Shown here one piece after another: positions 50,932 to 64,000 of a stretch of 64,000 nt of DNA (positions within the stretch are counted from its first letter, which is position 1; every line of letters begins with the position of its first letter). The notes below the pieces were generated by a model that was given only the letters and a program-made list of their open reading frames with translations, was not told where the DNA came from and searched no databases. Source of the DNA: Paraspadella gotoi (lineage: Eukaryota; Animalia; Chaetognatha); contig JBJCIZ010000239.1 of the NCBI GenBank assembly GCA_051294375.1, forward strand, positions 1,231,678 to 1,295,677. The letters are read 5' to 3'. The translations under genes and the position numbers were made by a program.

Positions 50932-53900
50932 GTGCAAAAACTCTTCTCTCTCCATCAACATGGCAATCAACGACGCCGACATTGGGACGTCAACTGATGA
51001 GGAGGAGCCGCCCGAGATCAACGTCGTCAACCGGCGCCGCGACTTCCGCCCACAAAATGCAACAAGACCTAACGCAGCACTGAGCCCGCGCGGGCGCCGC
51101 AAAACAAACCGGACGCCGCAAACGCATCGCGTTTGAGGCAAATCTGCCAATTTCACGCGAAATATGGCGACGCCGCCTATAGGTGTGAGAGAGGATGCGC
51201 CGTTACGGCGACAAACGCCCATCAAAACCGGGAAACGGGCAGGCGGGAAGGCGCAGGTGAACGCCATTCCACGCCAGAAAGACAATTCACCAATCACCTC
51301 ACACCTTCTACATGTCATCGACGCAACCGACGGACGAGCATGGTTGATCGACAGTGGCGCAATGCTATCTCTCATCCCGCCGACGCCGGAACAGCGCAAC
51401 GCTGGACCAGCAGGACCCCAATTACAAGCAGCAAATGGGACTCCTATCACCTGCTATGGCACCGTCCGAAAAACATTACTACGTTAGGCTGCCGCAGATT
51501 TCTTTTGACGTCCTTGTTTGCTGAAGTTACGCAGAGCATTCTCGGCGCGGATTTTTTGGCAGAATTTTTTCTTGGCACCAAACCAGCGAGATGGGATACT
51601 TCTCGGACCTAAAAGACTACTCTTACAATAGCCTGTGCAAGATCCCACGGTAGCGCCCTTCACACGTTCACTTTGTCGGCCAAGACAATCAATTTTACAA
51701 ACTTCTCGACCGCTACCCATTACTCGCACGCCTACCTTTGAGATAAAAGAGCCAAAACATGGAATTCGTCACCATATCACCACCCAAGGCCCCCATGTCA
51801 AGCCCGCGCCCGTAGACTATCACCAGAGAAGCTGGCCGTGGCCAAGGCAGAGCTCGACAAGATGGTCGAACTGGGCGTTGGCCATGCGCGCAAAGAGCCA
51901 ATGGTCCTCACCTCTCCATTGTGTACCAAAAGGAGATGGAGGGTGGCGCGTTTGTGGCGATTACCGCCAACTGAATTCAAAAACTATCCCGGACAGATAC
52001 CCGGTGAAACTCTTGGCAGATTTCAACGCCCAGTTGGCGGGCAAAACGATTTTCTCGAAGATTGACCTCCTCAAGGGTACCACCAGATACCGGTGGCCCC
52101 TGAAGACGTACCCAAGACGGCCGTGATCACGCCTTTCGGCCTATACGTTTTCCTGAGGACGCCTTTTGGCCTGAAAAATGCAGGCCAAGATTTTCAGAGA
52201 CTCATGGACGAAATTCTTGGCGATCTCCCGAGAGTCTATGTCTATCTCGACGACATTTTGTAGCAAGCGAGAATGAAGCACAGCACCTCAAAGACCTTGA
52301 AGAGGTGTTCGAATCTTTCAGGAAAATGGGCTTATCGTCAACCGCAAAAAGTGCGTCCTGTGCCAAGAATCTCTTGAATTCCTCGGCTATCATGTCGACG
52401 CCAGTGGCGTCAAACCACTCCCGCAGAGAGTTGACGCCTTGCGCCAAACAGCGTCTCCAACCACGGTCAAGGAGCTCCAACGTTTTTGGGCATGATTAAT
52501 TACTACCGTCGGTTTTATTCCGAAGGTAGCACATCATGCAACGCCGTTATACGACGCCCTCAAAGGGAAGCCAAGACGTTTGGAGTGGAGCGCCGACTGT
52601 CAAAGAGGATTCGAGGCTGTCAAAGAGGCCCTCGCCAACGCCGTCCTCCTCCGACATCCCAAAACCGGCGCCGTCTCTCTCACTCACAACTGACGCCTCC
52701 GATCACGCAGTGGGCGCAGTCCTAGAACAACGCGGCTCCCAAGGATTGGAGCCGCTAGCCTTCTTTTCTGCCAAACTCAGCGACGCCCAGCGCAAGTGGC
52801 CGCCCTTTGACAGGGAACTTTACGGCGCCTTCAGAGCCGTAAGACACTTTCGCCCATGGCTGGAGGGACGCGCCTTCGTGTTATACACGGATCACATGAG
52901 TCTCATCCATGCATTACATAAGAAAAGTGAACCTCAGACAGCGAGACACACCTTCCAACTCTTCAGCAATCTCAGAATACACAACCGACATCGCGCATGT
53001 TGAGGGAAGGCGAATGTCGTCGCTGACGCTCTGTCCCGTCCAAATTCAAGCGACGGAGATCTCCACAAAGCCCTTGAGCGACGAGAAAGGCCGAGCACCT
53101 TACCCTCATTGCAGCCGCAGTGCAACATCAGGGAATAGACCTTCAGGAGATGGCTCGTCAACAACCACTGGATAGAGATTTCCGGCGCCTTCTCCAAGAC
53201 CGTCAACGAGCCTCCATTTCAAGCGTGTTCAACTCGGAAATGAAACAATACTTGTCGACGTTTCAAATGGACCTCCGCGACCTTTTGTTCCTGAAGCATG
53301 GCGCCGAAAAGTTTTTCAGCACCATCACGACCTGGGTCACCCTGGCGTCGCACGTACCCGCGAAACTTGTCGCAGAAAAGTTTGTTTGGCCCTCTATGAG
53401 AGCCGACGTCACCCGTTGGGCACGCGAGTGTATCGCCTGTCAAAGGGCAAAGGTCACCCGCCACACCATCCCCGAGATTGGCGAGTTCCACCGTCCCACC
53501 ACGCAGATTCCAACATGTCCCCGTGGACATCGTCACCATGCCCATGTCTAACGGTTTCTCCCATCTTCTGACGGCCGTAGACCGCTTCACAAGATGGCCC
53601 ATGGCAGTGCCCATCAAAGACACCACCGCCGCAACCGTCGCTGACGCCTTCGCGCATCATTGGTGGCGTCGTTTGGAATTCCTTCAGACATCACTACGGA
53701 CAGGGGATCACAATTTTCCTCTGCAATCTGGAGACAATTGGCCAAGACATGGGCCTGCAAATTGCACCTAACGACGGCATACCATCCAGAAGCAAATGTT
53801 TTGTCGAGCGTTTTCCATCGCCGATAAAGGAGTCCATCATCGCCATCTCCGTCGACGAACCGCAGAGGTGGTATTGGAGACTTCCTGCTGCGCTACTCTC

Positions 53901-55351
53901 CATTCGTACGACTATCAAGCCAGATGTGGATGCTTCGCCAGCGCACAGTTAGTATATGGAGACGGCCTTTGCAGTCCTGGTGAGCTTCTTCCGTCAAGTC
54001 ATTCAGAGGCCGACGAACGTGACACCCTGTCAACGCCTCCGAGACGAGCTGAGATTAGAGGTTGAGCGCTTACAACCAGCGCCAACGAGGCAGGCATCGT
54101 CAACCTCGCATTCATCTCCCAAACAGCCTCGCCACGTCCACGCATGTTTTTGTCGGCGCGGAGGCATTCACCCAACCCTCACCGCTCCCTACGAAGGCCC
54201 GTTTCGCGTCGTGGCGAGAAACAATTTAAACTTTCAAATCGAGATGCCAGGGAGAGGCGTGGAGACGATCGCCATAGCGCGCAATCAAACCTGCAAACGT
54301 TTTGGACGACTCCGCCCAGATGAGGCGCATTCTGAGCCGCAATTCCGCCGCCCTCGCCTCCACCTCCGGCTCCGCCTCCTTCGCCTTCCCAGAGCCAACA
54401 CGGCACGTGACGTTCCCCAGTGCCATCAAAAACGAAGATCAAAACGCATCATTCCAGCCACCCCACTCAGCCTCCGGCGCCTTCCGTGGAGTCCAGACCT
54501 TCATCCACAGATGCCCCGGAATCGCACTCACCAACGCCCACGTCAGCGTCGTCGATCTGGCCTCCGTCCTTTCCCTCGAGCAAAGGCCGCTGATTCTTGT
54601 TGGCCGCGTCAACGCCAACGCAGCGACACGCCCAGATTACGGCGCGGTGTTGAGGCAGATCCTAACCCATCAAATCGAGCCAATCGTGAAGCCGACTTGC
54701 CAGTTTTCCTCGTCACCTGCCGCCTCCTCGTCTGGGGGGATGTGGGATTCGATCCCTCTTTCTTTGCGTTTCAATAGAAAGACTTAATTTGGATAAATAA
54801 AATAACCATCTCCCGGATTCGATCCCGGGACTTTTCATCACGAACGGTGGATTAATGACTAATGCCATTCTGGTAATTGTTAAATAGATATTCCATTTTT
54901 TCCTTATATAACCATTAACAAATAACAAATATGTCAAGACAAAAGAACATTCTAATTTACACATATTTTGCTAGAGCACACTAGCAGTATTTCATGGTTT
55001 CTATTTGTGGAACCTCTCCAATATATTTTCCTTGTGCTTTGATAAAGCTTTTATTTTACAACCAGATATTCTGTCTTCACTGGTTAACGTTTATTAATTA
55101 TTTGCTTATTGTTATTAATGTTTTCTTATTGATAGTATTACTTGTTATTGCCTTTTACTTGTTAACGCATATAGAATATCTATATGCTTTGATTATTTTA
55201 TTAAGGTACCAGATTTTAATGGCGAACAAATTAAGAACTTTTTTCTGAAACATTTTATTGAACGAAAACCGTCCAAACAATTCTTGAAACCCAACGACGC
55301 CGCGAGGAAGACTAACGCCGGTTCCATTCGTCTCCACGCCCTTGGCGCCGT
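50929..55351 (+). mobile_element. Second, 5'-truncated copy of the same Gypsy element (gag end, pol, PPT, 3' LTR cut by a gap)
   Basis: Near-identical to 57821-62285. DSGA at about 51350, YLDD at 52243-52254, PPT TCTGGGGGGA at 54731-54740, LTR from 54741. Starts abruptly after a (CT)n tract and ends at a 25-N gap. Confidence 0.9.
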
Positions 55352-55480
55352 NNNNNNNNNNNNNNNNNNNNNNNNNCCTCTCTCGTATTAATCATTCATC
55401 CAACTCGTTGCTTCCTCAGCTCAACGCACATTAATCGATTCGAGCGATTCTAATTCTTTCCTTTCCCCGTGACTTACCTT

Positions 55481-56838
55481 TGTGGGATTCGATCCCTCTT
55501 TCTTTGCGTTTCAATAGAAAGACTTAATTTGGCATAAAATAAAATAAACATTCCGGGCATTCGATCCCGGTGGACTTTTTCATCCACGAACGGTGGATTA
55601 ATGACTTAATGGCCATTCTGCGTAATGTTAAATAAGATATTCCATTTTTCCTTTTAAACCCGCGGCCCGCAAAATTAACAAGATAAACAAATATGTCAAG
55701 ACTAAAAGAACATTCTTAATTTACACATATTTTGCTAGAGCACACTAGCAGAAATTATTCATAGGTTTCTCGTGCTATTTGTGGAACCTCTGTCCAGATA
55801 TTATTTCCTTAGTGCCTGCTCGTTTGTGAAATGGTCTGGAACATCCAACCCGGAAGAGCGCCGGAGACTGGAAATAAAGCTTTATTCTACAACCCAGATA
55901 TCTGCCACTGGTTAACGTTTTATTAATTATTGCTTTTGTTAGTTTGGTAATGGTTCGTTTTCTGTGATCCTCGATTAGTGGAATGATGCCAATTGTTTAC
56001 TGTATGTTATTGCCTTTTTCGTGTACCTTGTTTAGAATCGCGACAATACTGTAGGAATAGAACGTTCTATACTGGCTTTGTAGCTTACTCCTGTTTTAAG
56101 TTTTACCAGGATGTCTTTCTGGGAGAAGGTCGAAGGAGGCGTGAGCCCGGAGGGCCGTGAGGGGCCTACAAACTGTAACGAGGCGACGAAACGTGCTGTT
56201 AACTGCTGGGAAACCATTTCAGATAATTTGAGACCGGAAAGCCTAACCATCCATGCGTCCCGGTAGCTCAACCGGATCCAATATCAATATAACGGTTTGG
56301 GCAGTTATATCTCGGCAAATGCCGCCCCGTAAATGCCGATCCGGCTCTGACGCCGCCCTCTCTTCGCAAAGCTCGATTCTGAAGTTACAATGGCGTTTCC
56401 TCCCGCCGCACCGGAAGCCGCGACAGGAAACTGATGACCTTTCGTTAACGGGCGGAACGGTGGAGGGTTCCATCGTGGCTCTCCCGCCGGTCCACCCCCG
56501 GAACAAGACCAACATGCCGTGGCTTGGGCGGAGGCCGTCTGTTGTGAGAAGAAGTTAGAGTGGCCTTGGCGCAATCATCGAATTCGGCCAACGGTTGGAA
56601 CCGTATTGCCCTGGGCCCTGGTTTGGCGTGAATTCCTAACGGGACACTCACTCTATCTACTCGTTGGTGCGAGACATATACGTATTAGCGCCTCTCACGG
56701 ATCGGCCGAGGGCAGGCTCTATCCACCGGTTCGACCCTCGAATGGACCTACGAGCAATCCCTGGATGAAAGAGCCGGTCACAGGAACCGTGGCTCGAAAG
56801 GCCGTTCCACACCAAAATAAATTCAAAACCTAACCACA
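55481..56838 (+). repeat. 5' LTR of the Gypsy element, inflated by insertion-rich noisy sequence
   Basis: Colinear with the 3' LTR for about 600 nt with increasing insertions. A CCACA at 56834-56838 followed by TGGTG is the likely LTR end and PBS region. Confidence 0.55.
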
Positions 56839-57222
56839 TGTCCCAGCTTTGATGGTGCCGACCCGCTGCCCGTAAAGGTCAAGTGCCCGACCATTCCTTA
56901 GGCTCGCACATCTCCATAGCCGTCCAGGCAGTAGCCGGCAATGCCAGGCGCGAAAGAGTGGCTCCAACGTCTCGCTGGTCGTTTTTCCCCGTTACCGACC
57001 CGCGCGGGACGAGTAATGGACCCTAATGCGCTAGCGCGGACACACGATTCGGCCGCTCGGACTACATTTGCTCGGTTCGCCTTTCCCCATACTGGTAGAG
57101 TCCTTATAGCCCGACGAGGAAATTGAAGCGCCGCCTAGAGCTTTCAAAACGACGCCGAAACCACCAGCGCTTTTACTTTTCCGCCGACCGACCGAGAGAT
57201 TTTCGTCGACGCATCTACGACG

Positions 57223-60200
57223 ATGGCAGAAGCTCCTCCATCGCAATCCGAAGTGGAAACACTCCGTACGGCGCTAGAAGCTGCCATGGCCGCCACCCGC
57301 GCCGCGCAAGAGGCACTCTCACGAGCGGAAAAACCCAAAAAGCCGGATCTCCCGACTTTCGACGAGAAAATATTGAGATATGGATCGCAGGGTAGAAGCT
57401 GCATACACCGAGCGAGGGTAATCACCGCGAAGGATAAGTTTGGCTTCCTGGAGGCGAAGATCAGCGTCGATTTGGATCCGCGGATCAACGCCTTCCTATA
57501 TGGCGACCCCTCAGAAGAAAGGTGGACTGCGTTCATCAATTATCTCCGTGACGAATATGGATTGACAAAACGCACGTCAAGCTGAGCTTCTTCTCGACGC
57601 CAAGATCTCAAGGGATGACATGCGTCCATCTCAACACCTCGCACGTCTCATTGAAAATCATCGCAGCAGGTCTCAATAGACGACATAAGGAAAGAATTGG
57701 TTTTGCGCAGGCGCTTCCTACATCTGTCAGACCAAGCGCATACGATCGACAGGGCAGAGACGTCGACGGGGCGGAAGTAGCTGCAATCGCCGACAAACAT
57801 TTTGACACGTCTGGGAGGCCTTTGTGCAAAAACTCTTCTCTCTCCATCAACATGGCAATCAACGACGCCGACATTGGGACGTCAACTGATGAGGAGAGCC
57901 GCCCGAGATCAACGTCGTCAACCGGCGCCGCGACTTCCGCCCACAAAATGCAAACAAGACCTAACGCAGCACTGAGCGCCGCGCGGCGCCGCAAAACAAA
58001 CCGGACGCCGCAAACGCATCGCGTTTGAGGCAAATCTGCCAATTTCACGCGAAATATGCGACCGCCCGCTATAGGTGTGAGAGAGGATGCGCCCGTTACG
58101 GCGACAAACGCCATCAAAACCGGCGAGAACGGGCAGGCGGGAAGGCGCGAGGTGAACGTCCAATTCCACGCCAGAAAGACAATTCACCAATCACCTCACA
58201 CCTTCTACATGTCATCGACGCAACCGACGGACGAGCATGGTTGATCGACAGTGGCGCAATGCTATCTCTCATCCCGCGACGCCGGAACAGCGCGCAACGC
58301 TGGACCGAGCAGACCCCAATTAAGCAGCAATGGGTACTAAATGGCGCGTCGAAAACTTCGTTGCTGGAATTTCTTTACTCCTTGTGCTGACTAATGTAGA
58401 ACTGCTCGACCGATGGGCAAGCTTACCGTTGGCTGACAAAACAGCAGGATACCAGGTCGCGCAGATGCCATTTGACTCTCTGTACGAAGCCATCCTAGAC
58501 AAATGCGATGTAAGTAATAGCCGTCGCAGGATATTCCGCCAAATTCTGGACCAACCAGCAGTGGGACACCTTCACAACAAGATTTCGAGCCTCGTTGCAG
58601 ATCCCACTAGCGCTCACACGTTCACTTTGTCGGCAAGTACAATCAATTTACAAACTTCTCGACCGCTACCCATTACTCGGCACGCCTACCTTTGAGATAA
58701 AAGAGCCAAACATGGAATTCGTCACCATATCACCACCCAAGCCCCCATGTCAAGCCCGCGCCCGTAGACTATCACCAGAGAAGCTGGCCGTGGCCAAGGC
58801 AGAGCTCGACAAGATGGTCGAACTGGGCGGTGCCATGCGCGCAAAGAGCCAATGGTCCTCACCTCTCCATTGTGTACCAAAAGGAGATGGAGGGTGGCGC
58901 GTTTGTGGCGATTACCGCCAACTGAATTCAAAAACTATCCCGGACAGATACCCGGTGAAACTCTTGGCAGATTTCAACGCCCAGTTGGCGGGCAAAACGA
59001 TTTTCTCGAAGATTGACCTCCTCAGATACCACCAGATACCGGTGCCCCTGAAGACGTACCCAAGACGGCCGTGATCACGCCTTCGGCCTATACGTTTTCC
59101 TGAGGACGCCTTTTGGCCTGAAAAATGCAGGCCAAGATTTTCAGAGACTCATGGACGAAATTCTTGGCGATCTCCCGAGAGTCTATGTCTATCTCGACGA
59201 CATTTGGTAGCAAGCGAGAATGAAGCACAGCACCTCAAACGCTGTTAAGAGGTGTTCGAATCTCTTCAAAATGGGCTTATCGTCAACCGCAAAAAGTGCG
59301 TCCTGCCAAGAATCTCTTGAATTCCTCGGCTATCATGTCGACGCCAGTGGCGTCAAACCACTCCCGCAGAGAGGTTGACGCCTTGGGCCAAACAGCGTCT
59401 CCAACCACGGTCAAGGAGCTCCAACGTTTTTGGGCATGATTAATTACTACGCGTCGGTTTATTCCGAAGGTAGCACATCATGCAACGCCGTTATACGACG
59501 CCCTCAAAGGGAAGCCAAGACGTTTGGAGTGGAGCGCCGACTGTCAAAGAGGATTCGAGGCTGTCAAAGAGGCCCTCGCCAACGCCGTCCTCCTCCGACA
59601 TCCCAACCCGCGGCCGCTCTCTCACTCACAACTGACGCCTCCCATCACGCAGTGGGCGCAGTCCTAGAACAACGCGGCTCCCAAGGATGGGAGCCGCTAG
59701 CCTTCTTTTCTGCCAAACTCAGCGACGCCCAGCGCAAGTGGCCGCCCTTTGACAGGGAACTTTACGGCGCCTTCAGAGCCGTAAGACACTTTCGCCCATG
59801 GCTGGGAGGAGCGCGCCTTCGTGTTATACACGGATCACTAGAGTCTCATCCATGCATTACATAAGAAAAGTGAACCTCAGACAGCGAGACACACCTTCCA
59901 ACTCTCAGCAATCTCAGAATACACAACCGACATCCGCCATGTTGAGGGAAGGCGAATGTCGTCGCTGACGCTCTGTCCCGTCCAAATCAAGCGACGGAGA
60001 TCTCCACAAAGCCCTTGGACGACGAGAAAGGCCGAGCACCTTACCCTCATTGCAGCCCAGTGCAACATCAGGGAATAGACCTTCAGGAGATGGCTCGTCA
60101 ACAACCACTGGGATAGAGATTTCCGGCGCCTTCTCCAAGACCGTCAACGAGCCTCCATTTCAAGCGTGTTCAACTCGGAAATGAAACAATACTTGTCGAC

Positions 60201-61260
60201 GGTTCAAATGGACCTCGCGGACCTTTTGTTCCTTAAGCATGGCGCCGAAAAGTTTTCAGCACCATCCACGACCTGGGTCACCCTGGCGTCGCACGTACCC
60301 GCGAAACTGGCGCAGAAAAGTTTGTTTGGCCCTCTATGAGAGCCGACGTCACCCGTTGGGCACGCGAGTGTATCGCCTGTCAAAGGGCAAAGGTCACCCG
60401 CCACACCATCCCCGAGATTGGCGAGTTCCACCGTCCCACCACGCAGATTCCAACATGTCCACGTGGACATCGTCACCATGCCCATGTCTAACGGTTTCTC
60501 CCATCTTCTGACGGCCGTAGACCGCTTCACAAGATGGCCCATGGCAGTGCCCATCAAAGACACCACCGCCGCAACCGTCGCTGACGCCTTCGCGCATCAT
60601 TGTGGTGGCGTCGTTTGGAATTCCTTCAGACATCACTACGGACAGAGGGGATCACAATTTCCTCTGCAATTGGAGACAATTGGCCAAGACATGGGCCTGC
60701 AAATTGCACCTAACGACGGCATACCATCCAGAAGCAAATGGTTTGGTCGAGCGTTTCCATCGCCGACTAAAGGAGTCCATCATCGCCATCTCCGTCGACG
60801 AACCGCAGAGGTGGTATTGGAGACTTCCTGCTGCGCTACTCTCCATTCGTACGACTATCAAGCCAGATGTGGATGCTTCGCCAGCGCAGTTAGTATATGG
60901 AGACGGCCTTTGCAGTCCCTGGTGAGCTTCTTCCGTCAAGTCATTCAGAGGCCGACGAACGTGACACCCTGTCAACGCCTCCGAGACGAGCTGAGATTAG
61001 AGGTTGAGCGCTTACAACCAGCGCCAACGAGGCAGGCATCGTCAACCTCGCATTCATCTCCCAAACAGCCTCGCCACGTCCACGCATGTTTTGTCCGGCG
61101 CGGAGGCATTCACCCAACCTCTCACGCGCTCCCTAGAAGGCCCGTTTCGCGTCGTGGCGCGAGAAACAATTTAAACTTTCAAATCGAGATGCCAGGGAGA
61201 GGCGTGGAGACGATCGCCATAGCGCGCATCAAACCTGCAAACGTTTTGGACGACTCCGCC
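57223..61260 (+). CDS. Gypsy gag-pol (frameshifted in the assembly)
   Basis: ORF fragments 57223-57585 (gag), 58025-58390 (protease), 58595-59074 (RT), 59430-59864 (RNase H) and 60418-61359 (integrase). Confidence 0.9.
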
Positions 61261-61682
61261 CAAGATGAGCGGCATTCTGAGCCGCAATTGCCCGCCGCCC
61301 TCGCCTTCCACTCCGGCTCCGCTCCTTCGCCTTCCCAGAGCCAACACAGCGGCACGTGACGTTCCAGTGCCATCCAACGAAGATCAAAACGCATCATTCC
61401 AGCCACGCCCACTCAGCCTCCGGCGCCTTCCGTGGAGTCCAGACCTTCACCCACAGATGCCCCGGAATCGCACTCACCAACGCCACGTCAGCGTCGTCGA
61501 TCTGGCCTCCGTCCTTTCCCTCGAGCAAAGGCCGCTGATTCTTGTTGCCGCCGTCAACGCCACGCAGCGACACGCCCAGATTACGGCGCGGGTTTGAGGC
61601 AGATCCTAACCCATCAAATCTGAGCCAATCGTGAGCCGACTTGCCAGTTTCCTCGTCACCTGCCGCCTCCTCGTCTGGTGGA

Positions 61683-62319
61683 TGTGGGATTCGATCCCTC
61701 TTTCTTTGCGTTTCAATAGAAAGACTTAATTTGGATAAATAAAAAACCATCCCGGGATTCGATCCCGGACTTTTCATCACGAACGGTGGTTAATGACTAA
61801 TGCGCATTCTGGTAATTGTTAAATAGATATTCCATTTTTTCCTTTTAACCATTAACAAATAACAAATATGTCAAGACAAAAGAACATTCTAATTTACACA
61901 TATTTTGCTAGAGCACACTAGCAGTATTTCATGGTTTCTATTTGTGGAACCTCTCCAATATTATTCCTTGTGCTTTGATAAAGCTTTTATTCTACAACCA
62001 GATAATCTGTCTTCACTGGTTAACGTTTATTAATTATTGCTTATTGTTATTAATGTTTTCTTATTGATAGTATTACTTGTTATTGCCTTTTACTTGTTAA
62101 CGATAATAGAATATCTATATGCTTTGATTATTTTATTAAGGTACCAGATTTTAATTGGCGAACAAATTAAGAACTTTGTTCTGAAACATTTTATTGAACG
62201 AAAACCGTTCCAAACAATTCTTGAACCCAACGACGCCGCGAGGAAGACTAACGCCGGTTCATCGTCTCCACGCCCTTGGCGCCGTTTGGAAGAAGTTGGC
62301 AATCCATCGATTCGCCACA
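61683..62319 (+). repeat. 3' LTR of the Gypsy element (about 637 bp)
   Basis: Matches 54741-55351 and the start of 55481 onward; begins TG, ends CA; preceded by a PPT-like tract. Confidence 0.9.
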
Positions 62320-62508
62320 ACCTTACCTTACCTAATCTTCCATTAACACCGGCCCTTTTTTTCCCTTTCTCTTCCTTTTTTTTTTCCCTTTCCTCTTCTC
62401 TTCATTTCCTTTGCCTTTTTTTTAGTTGCGCCGCGAGTACTCGCTGAGCTACTCTATAAGTCGGTCGGTCTGTCGGTCAGTCCGTCGGTCTGTATGTCTT
62501 TCTGTCTG

Positions 62509-62697
62509 TAGAAGACGATGCCGATGAACAAAAGTTCCCGAACTTCGGATCGGGCTGTGGTCCGTCACTACAGGTAGGTTAACGGCCCCGTCGCGCTTTC
62601 TTGTCTTGAATCAGCAGGGCGCGAACCCGAGTCCTCCTGCGCCATAGGTGCTTCCGATTCTCGGACGAGTAACGGGGTATGAAATACTACCGCTGGC
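62509..62697 (-). mobile_element. SINE family B copy nested in a HINE-like element
   Basis: Reverse complement aligns with 26395-26625 (AGCGGTAGTATTTCATA…GCACCTATGGCGC…GGACTCGGGTTCGCGCCCTGCTGATTC…GGCATCGTCTTC). Confidence 0.65.
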
Positions 62698-63054
62698 GAC
62701 GTCGATCTTTCCCGCTTACGTTAAAAAAGCTTATATACGTTGGCAATACTATACTATTAATATAATAGTAATATAATAGCAATAGTTCGTTGCGTCATTT
62801 GTTAAATCAGGAAAAATCTCAAATCTAATCTCATTTTAGCGCGAAATTCGTCTAATCTCTTTTTAATGCAAGATTCCATCAAGAGAAAATGTATGACCCT
62901 TTGAGCGTTAGCGTCTTTGATTGTTTTTTGATGTTTGATAGTTTCGTGTTTTGTTTTTTGTGTTCCCCGTTAATCGCGAAAACAGTGGCGGGAAAATGAA
63001 TGTTTCGTTTCTTTTTTTTTTTCCTCGATGATAAGAAAATAGGAGGACTAAGAC

Positions 63055-63830
63055 ATGACGACGACGATTGAAGACGACGACGACGATGGCGACGATGACG
63101 ATGATGAAGACGACGATGAAGACGATGCCACGACGACAAAGACGACGACGAAGGAAGACGATAAAGACGACGACGACAAAGACAACAACGACGATGGCGA
63201 CGATGGACGATGATGAAGAAGACGATGGCGACGACGACAGAGACGACGACGAAGACGATGATGAAGACGACGACGACGGAAGACAACACGAGACGATGGC
63301 GACCATGATGATGAAGACGACGACGACGAAAGACGACGATGAAGACGACGATGAGAGAATGGCCACGAACAAGAGCGACGACGAAGAAGACGATGAAGAT
63401 GACGACCGACAAAGACAACAACGACGATGGCGACGATGACGATGATGAAGAAGACGATGGCGACGACGACAGAGACAACGACGAAGACGACGACGACGAA
63501 GACCGATGAAGACAACAACGGAGACGATGGCGACCATGATGATGAAGACGATGACGACGAAGACGACGATGAAGACGACGATGATGGCGACGACGACAAA
63601 GACGACGACGACGACGAAGACGATGACAAAGACGACGATGACAAAGACGGACGATGAAGACGACGACGATGGCGACGACGATGAGAACGACGACGACGAA
63701 GACGACAAAACGTCGATGATGATGATGAAGACGACGACGATAAAGACGACGATGACGACGACAAGTACGATGCAACGACGATGAGAACGATGACGACGAC
63801 GACGACGACGACGACGACGAAAATGCCGAC
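63055..63830. repeat. Degenerate (GAC/GAT/GAA)n trinucleotide array
   Basis: Directly visible; it generates the low-complexity ORFs in the track. Confidence 0.9.
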
Positions 63831-64000
63831 GACGTTTGGACGCCAAGTAAATTTTCGTTGAAGGTGATTAGTCGGGTGATTTAAGGAGTCTTTTCGTCGG
63901 TGATCAGTTAGAAGAACGAAAAAAAAAACAGGTTGCGAGGAGTGGTGATTGGTGATAGGGTGATGTGGAGTGGTGGGAAGAGAGGGAGAGAAAAGATAAA

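Larger units (their letters stand above)
55481..62319 (+). mobile_element. Full-length Ty3/Gypsy LTR retrotransposon with 5-bp target-site duplication
   Basis: Ends are TGTGG…CCACA; TSD ACCTT at 55476-55480 and 62320-62324. Gag from 57223, protease [27 protein letters not shown], RNase H TDAS, integrase HPG..C..C and DIVT…TDRG…ERFHRRLK, in PR-RT-RH-IN order. Confidence 0.95.

Noticed and set aside
56100-57100. GC-balanced stretch with several ORFs inside the Gypsy element, resembling captured cargo
   Set aside because: It follows progressive insertion-type decay of the LTR alignment, has no motifs, and is absent from the other LTR copies. Most likely low-quality long-read noise.
50929-62319. 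Tandem or nested double Gypsy insertion
   Set aside because: The first copy begins at a (CT)n tract, ends at a 25-N gap, has no TSD and is near-identical to the second. Probably an assembly duplicate.
62879-63846. Long ORFs in several frames (poly-S/V/R/D/T)
   Set aside because: They are products of a GAC/GAT trinucleotide array with no splice or domain support. The same applies to the ER/SL ORFs over (AG)n tracts and the F-rich ORFs at 19.9-21 kb.

Overview
Animal (metazoan) genomic DNA from a draft, error-prone assembly with many N gaps, AG/TCG/GAC microsatellites and indel-rich long-read patches. The main feature is the 5' half (motor head) of a striated-type myosin II heavy chain gene on +: 12 confidently read coding exons between 16294 and 48706, plus a probable start exon at 11496-11512. 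The gene continues beyond the window. Upstream lies a frame-consistent 3-exon gene (5083-8934, 835 aa) that I do not recognise, with an MGxxxS N-terminus and a KSVSF motif. The myosin introns hold a nested antisense multi-exon (pseudo)gene (about 33.4-38.5 kb), a full-length Gypsy LTR retrotransposon with TG...CA ends and a 5-bp TSD (55481-62319) plus a partial duplicate, a LINE remnant, two tRNA-derived SINE families, a DINE-1/HINE-like family and minisatellites. Two minimal hammerhead motifs are also present (2043-2152, upstream of both genes, and 23821-23860, intronic). The most unusual signals concern splicing. Internal coding donors are very degenerate (invariant G at -1, G at +5 in only 4 of 13), one myosin exon has no usable GT donor, and near-perfect fused acceptor/donor (AG|GTAAG) sites cluster on the antisense strand. 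Several apparent duplications next to 25-N gaps are probably assembly artefacts.
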